From the NCBI GenBank assembly GCA_000934665.2, contig JYFJ02003924.1:1-36332 (forward strand): DNA of 36,332 nucleotides, written 5' to 3'. Both the position numbers and the translations under genes were made by a program. This DNA is from Catajapyx aquilonaris. Taxonomy: Eukaryota. Under the pieces are notes generated by a model. That model saw nothing but the letters and a program-made list of their open reading frames with translations, was not told the origin of the DNA and ran no database searches. Below, one piece after another: positions 33,501-36,332 of the stretch. Position 1 is the first letter of the stretch; each line of letters opens with the position of its first letter.

Positions 33501-35740
33501 CCCGTTTCCTCCCACTATAAAAATCCATCACAGCCCAAGGAGGCCTGTCACTGGGTATCTATTATTATTATTATTATTATTATATTTCGAAAACTTTTCA
33601 GCACACACTGGGGAGATTGCCGGCGGATTTGCTGGGAGTGTTGTTTTAACATTAGTCCTAGTGTCGCTAGTCCTTTATCGAAATTGGCGATATGAGCAAG
33701 AACTGGATAGCCTACTTTGGAAGATCGACTACAAAGAGATACAGATCAACGAAAATACGCCTACTCACACATCGAGTAAAATATCCAGAGTAAGTGAAAT
33801 TTGTAGTTGCTGGATAACAGCATCACTTTACCTTTAATATATACACATGTAAAAATAAGCATTATAAGTATGATTTTCAGGCGTTACATCCACTAATGCG
33901 CTCCAGTCAAGTCTCACTTAGTTCAAATCCTGACACGGACTTTCGGTATTCGACGGTCTATACCCAGCTTGGAGTGTACAAAGGCAGGGTGTTCGCAATC
34001 AAGAAAATGTGCCGAAAATCGTTGGACATCACCAGACAAATGAAGAAGGAGCTGAAAATGGTACGAACTACGTTGGTATTTTAATTTGTTTTTACATCTA
34101 ATATAAATGAACGTCATTAGAGTGAGGCATTGTTTGGTCAATTCGGGAGCAAAGTTCTGGAATTTATCATAAGATTGAAATTTTTCATGAATATTGAAAT
34201 ATAAGGACAAGTAATAATGACATATGGTACTTACCCAAGAAGTTTAAATATTTGTGCTTAAGATATATGATATATTTTAAAAACCATTCCATCATAAAAC
34301 GTTCCCTTTCACATGGCTTTGACGGTGGACACAATACTGATCCTGTAATCAATTCAGTACATTTTCGTCACCATGAGACCTTGCAAAAGACTACCATTCG
34401 GAAAGGCGCCAAAAGCTGAATCTGAAATGATCCTTTGTATCAGTGTCACATGCTTCGTTGCACTGAGGGGATAAGTTGATAGATCCCGCTTCAATTACAT
34501 GGGTCTCGCAGTAGATGAGGGACCTTCGTCACGACAATCTCAACTCCTTCATCGGAGCCTGCGTGGAATCACCAAACATCTGCATCATCACCGAATACTG
34601 CGCTCGAGGAAGCCTGAAGGTAAAGTTATACATGAACAAGTATCGGGTTTTAAAAATCTGACAAACGGTGCATTTTTATCAGCTTTTTTACTATTTATTC
34701 TGAGAAATCGATATACAGTATATCAAAATTGCCTCCTTCTTCGCCATTAGGTAACTTCTCAGTGGAAAAGTGACATGATGAATAAAGTCATATTTGCAGA
34801 GCTTTTGAAATATCCCTAAACCTCCCTTATTATCACAATGTGAATGTATTATACATATTTATCGGCTGACCGTGACATTCGTTCAAATCAATGACCACAA
34901 TCGTACTCGTCCTCGTCTCATGCAGCTTTGGCTGACAGGGAAATCTCGACACGACTGTCATCATTTTAAACGCGCGTCGGGTAGTGTACAAAATAATTAG
35001 GGTGGAATTCTCTTTTTACAATACTTCTTGTACATCATTGAATGCTTTGTGATAATGTCATGAAATTAAATGGCAAAATATCACTTTGAAATTTTATGTT
35101 CACAACTCGTAATATTAGTAGGAAAACATCGGAAAACATATATATTTTAACAGATTTAACCACCAAACAGCCTCCACTAAATATGATATCTGTCCCTAGT
35201 GAACCAAATAGCCTGGAACAAAGCCTACTTTGCGGAGTCTGGATTCGAATCTGATTCACTGCAATAATTGCGAAACCCGGGAGTATCAGACCACGCCGAA
35301 TATTGTGTTCCAAACAACGGGTTTAGATTATTACATTATTCTCACAAGCGACTAACTCCCTTGTGTCATGCTGATAGTTCCCATCCCGCCTAGTGTAGTG
35401 AGCCTTACATGTATTTTCAAAACTTTCTAATGTATTGCCAGTTACAGCACAATTTCGGGAAAGATTTCAGAAAATAATAGTTGATTAACACAATGAAATG
35501 TTTTACGTAATGCTGAAAGTTTCCGTAATACATTTTTCTTGTTAAATTTTTCCACTTTCATCAGCATTATCTGTAAGGAAACTTAAGCCATTTTCTAAAA
35601 CATTTTCTACCGTGTCATATACGCATGACACCTAAGGGTCCCTGATTTTCCATTCTGGTTTGTTTCAGGACATATTGGAGAACGAAGACGTGAAGCTGGA
35701 CAACATGTTCATTGCCTCGTTGGTGGGCGACATCGTCCGA
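1179..35740 (+). CDS. Receptor-type (transmembrane) guanylyl cyclase, 5' part. join(1179..1538,9357..9666,15831..15908,16753..16997,27207..27352,29594..29738,31516..31606,33602..33789,33881..34060,34515..34619,35669..35740); continues beyond the window
   Basis: The 11 exons have AG/GT boundaries and compatible phases (0,1,1,0,2,0,1,0,0,0,0), giving 1920 nt / 640 codons with no stop. Typical rGC motifs: [66 protein letters not shown], a TM helix followed by [18 protein letters not shown], and the kinase-homology segment [46 protein letters not shown]. It belongs to the arthropod rGC group related to Gyc76C/Gyc32E, but the exact orthologue cannot be assigned without a search. Confidence 0.95.
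6294..6588 (+). mobile_element. tRNA-derived SINE with V-domain-like core, copy A, (TTG)15 tail
   Basis: A box TGGCGTAGTGG and B box GAGTTCGATCC; core GTGGGTTTTCTCGGGGTTCTCCAGTTTCCTCCCAC; TTG tail at 6542-6586; degenerate TSD ttacagcttccctcata / ttacatcttctttcaaa; homologous to 33356-33583. Confidence 0.88.
7262..7388. mobile_element. Near-perfect hairpin MITE, PIF/Harbinger (Tourist)-like
   Basis: About 58-bp arms TGGCCGGTTTCACCAAGCCCGG...ATCCCT / AGGGAT...GAAACCGGCCA with an 11-bp spacer; flanks TCA / TTA resemble a 3-bp TWA TSD. Confidence 0.85.
9357..9666 (+). CDS. rGC coding exon 2 (extracellular domain)
   Basis: Pyrimidine tract and CAG ending at 9356; [30 protein letters not shown]...GGVR; donor GTAAGT at 9667 (phase 1). 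Confidence 0.93.
11309..11330. repeat. (GA)11 microsatellite
   Basis: Read directly. Confidence 0.9.
11844..11859. repeat. G16 homopolymer
   Basis: Read directly. Confidence 0.85.
13434..13491. repeat. 22-bp inverted repeat, probable MITE remnant
   Basis: GGGTCGCAAGTGTGTCACCGTT / AACGGTGACATACTTGCGACCC with one mismatch and a 14-bp loop; preceded by a direct duplication of acttgtgggtcgc. Confidence 0.6.
14389..14812. mobile_element. Tc1/mariner-type MITE, 424 bp
   Basis: TA|CAGGGTGTATCTGAACTCAG...CTGAGTTCAGATACACCCTG|TA; about 82-bp TIRs with one visible mismatch; TA TSD. Confidence 0.9.
15831..15908 (+). CDS. rGC coding exon 3
   Basis: tttttatttcag acceptor; (I)[25 protein letters not shown]; donor GTGAGT at 15909; 78 nt, phase 1-1. 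Confidence 0.9.
16753..16997 (+). CDS. rGC coding exon 4
   Basis: Poly-T tract and gaatgcag acceptor; (G)[13 protein letters not shown]...[17 protein letters not shown]; donor GTGAGT at 16998. Confidence 0.92.
18345..18645 (-). mobile_element. tRNA-derived SINE, second family, (TTA)n tail
   Basis: On the minus strand: A box TGGTGTAGTGG, B box GGTTCGAATCC, then GGTTTTCTGTGGTTTCCC. Perfect 16-bp TSD GGATTCGTTTACATAA at 18329-18344 and 18646-18661. Confidence 0.9.
18923..19526 (+). mobile_element. pogo/Tigger-like non-autonomous element
   Basis: TA|CAGTAAAATCTCGTT...AACGAGATTTTACCTG|TA; subterminal TAACGAA-type repeats; internal acidic peptide [26 protein letters not shown] resembles the C-terminus of Tigger-type transposases. 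Confidence 0.82.
20897..21052. mobile_element. Degenerate pogo/Tigger-like MITE
   Basis: CAGTTGAGACCAGATGTAATAG vs CTATTATATCCGGATTCAATTG|TA (imperfect TIRs); internal GGYTATAAC repeats. Confidence 0.55.
22046..22066. other. C15 homopolymer followed by an ambiguous base (N at 22066)
   Basis: Read directly; possible assembly join or gap. Confidence 0.8.
26829..27099. mobile_element. Degenerate hairpin MITE
   Basis: About 100-bp imperfect arms: TAATTCTGTCATACTGCTAGCGACATT..TGCAAATCGAAGTGATAGAGTGCGAGCCGTGC vs GCACGGCTCACACTCTTATCACTTCGATTTGCA..AATGTCGCAAGCAGTATGACGCAATTA. Confidence 0.75.
27207..27352 (+). CDS. rGC coding exon 5 (not in the ORF track)
   Basis: cttctttgcag acceptor; [48 protein letters not shown](G); donor GTAAGT at 27353 (phase 2). 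Confidence 0.93.
29594..29738 (+). CDS. rGC coding exon 6
   Basis: Acceptor ccccctcttt[24 protein letters not shown]...GLYPVGVF...QGIP; donor GTAAGT at 29739. Confidence 0.9.
30188..30866. mobile_element. Putative non-autonomous DNA transposon with CACTCTTAAAA termini (CACTA/CMC-like)
   Basis: TA|CACTCTTAAAA...TTTTAAGAGTG|TA, an 11-bp perfect TIR with TA on both sides. The short TIR limits certainty. Confidence 0.5.
31516..31606 (+). CDS. rGC coding exon 7 (juxtamembrane cysteine motif)
   Basis: Long pyrimidine tract and [33 protein letters not shown]; donor GTGAGT at 31607 (phase 1). Confidence 0.92.
33356..33583 (+). mobile_element. tRNA-derived SINE with V-domain-like core, copy B, (ATT)n tail
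   Basis: A box TGGCGGAGTGG and B box GAGTTCGATCC; same body as 6294-6588; TSD taaatttcaaaaac (33341-33354) / tatatttcgaaaac (33581-33594), 12/14 identical. Confidence 0.9.
33602..33789 (+). CDS. rGC coding exon 8 (transmembrane helix)
   Basis: ttttcag acceptor; (S)[48 protein letters not shown]...ISR; donor GTAAGT at 33790. Confidence 0.93.
33881..34060 (+). CDS. rGC coding exon 9 (start of kinase-homology domain)
   Basis: attttcag acceptor; [42 protein letters not shown]...KKELKM; donor GTACGA at 34061. Confidence 0.9.
34515..34619 (+). CDS. rGC coding exon 10 (kinase-homology domain)
   Basis: [35 protein letters not shown]; needs the distal AG of cgCAGTAG (34509-34514); donor GTAAAG at 34620. 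Confidence 0.9.
35669..35740 (+). CDS. rGC coding exon 11 (kinase-homology domain)
   Basis: tttgtttcag acceptor; [24 protein letters not shown]; donor GTGAGT at 35741. Confidence 0.92.
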
Positions 35741-36332
35741 GTGAGTAAACTTGTTGACATGCCGGAGCTACCAATTTTCTATGCATGAAGTGGGAACGTG
35801 AAAGGGAAGGGTAAAGGAGTGCTCTGGGGAGGTCAACTCAATTGTGTTCAGGTCCCCTCGAGAGCATAACTTTTTTGCCTTTTCATGTAATAACGTGTCT
35901 CCGCAGATTAGGTTTTGTGGCGGGAAGCCTATACTGTTCTCTGCTTTTGTCATGGAGGCATCTCTCAGCTATAATAAACTAAGGCTGGCTTTTAGATCCA
36001 AGTACTTTTATAGTTAATTCAAGGGTTCAGAAATTATTGGATGCAAATTAAGATCAGAAACACAGAATGTTTTGAGTCATACTTTGGTCGAAATCGAGTT
36101 GGGCATTGCGTAATGATGATCAAGTCAGTTTTCTGATAGAACAATGACAGTCCTCGATAGGAATGTCTGAAAATAAATAAATTGTCCCATAAGGGAATAT
36201 GTTTTTCCAAACTTCATATAGGCCTACTGTAATATCACCTGGCTGGTTCCATTTCAATCCAGACGGTGGGTGCCCAGTCATGGTCTTCGATTTTTTTTAA
36301 AAAAATATATGTGAAACCCACATCCAATTGAA

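Noticed and set aside
33445..33601. N-terminal part of the 130-aa ORF with a poly-Leu stretch (apparent extra TM)
   Set aside because: SINE body and (ATT)n tail in the intron; the real exon starts at 33602.
34499..34750. 83-aa ORF overlapping exon 10
   Set aside because: Wrong frame; the kinase-homology sequence is in the frame starting at 34515.
1179..35740. Assigning a gene symbol (Gyc76C, Gyc32E or eclosion-hormone receptor)
   Set aside because: The family is clear, but orthology among arthropod rGC paralogues needs reciprocal BLAST or a phylogeny, which could not be run.

Overview
Eukaryotic, AT-rich genomic DNA, most likely insect or other arthropod (inferred from protein type and repeat content). 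One intron-rich gene on the + strand dominates the window: a receptor-type (membrane) guanylyl cyclase. Eleven coding exons (1179-35740) join through GT-AG introns into one open frame of about 640 aa: signal peptide, ANF-receptor-type extracellular domain, one transmembrane helix and the start of the kinase-homology domain. The cyclase domain should lie beyond the window end. The introns hold several non-autonomous DNA transposons (MITEs) and tRNA-derived SINEs. One nested complex is a mariner 3'-end foldback carrying a SINE and a Tigger/pogo-like element. The most notable signal is a CAG-TAG tandem (NAGNAG) acceptor at exon 10, where the upstream AG would put an in-frame stop right after the juxtamembrane region. 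Also notable are a SINE inserted against the transmembrane-exon acceptor, a weak AAG acceptor with competing upstream acceptors, and enrichment of transposon-footprint-like motifs. No prokaryotic-type system, CRISPR array, rRNA or intact tRNA was seen. All counts and alignments were made by eye.
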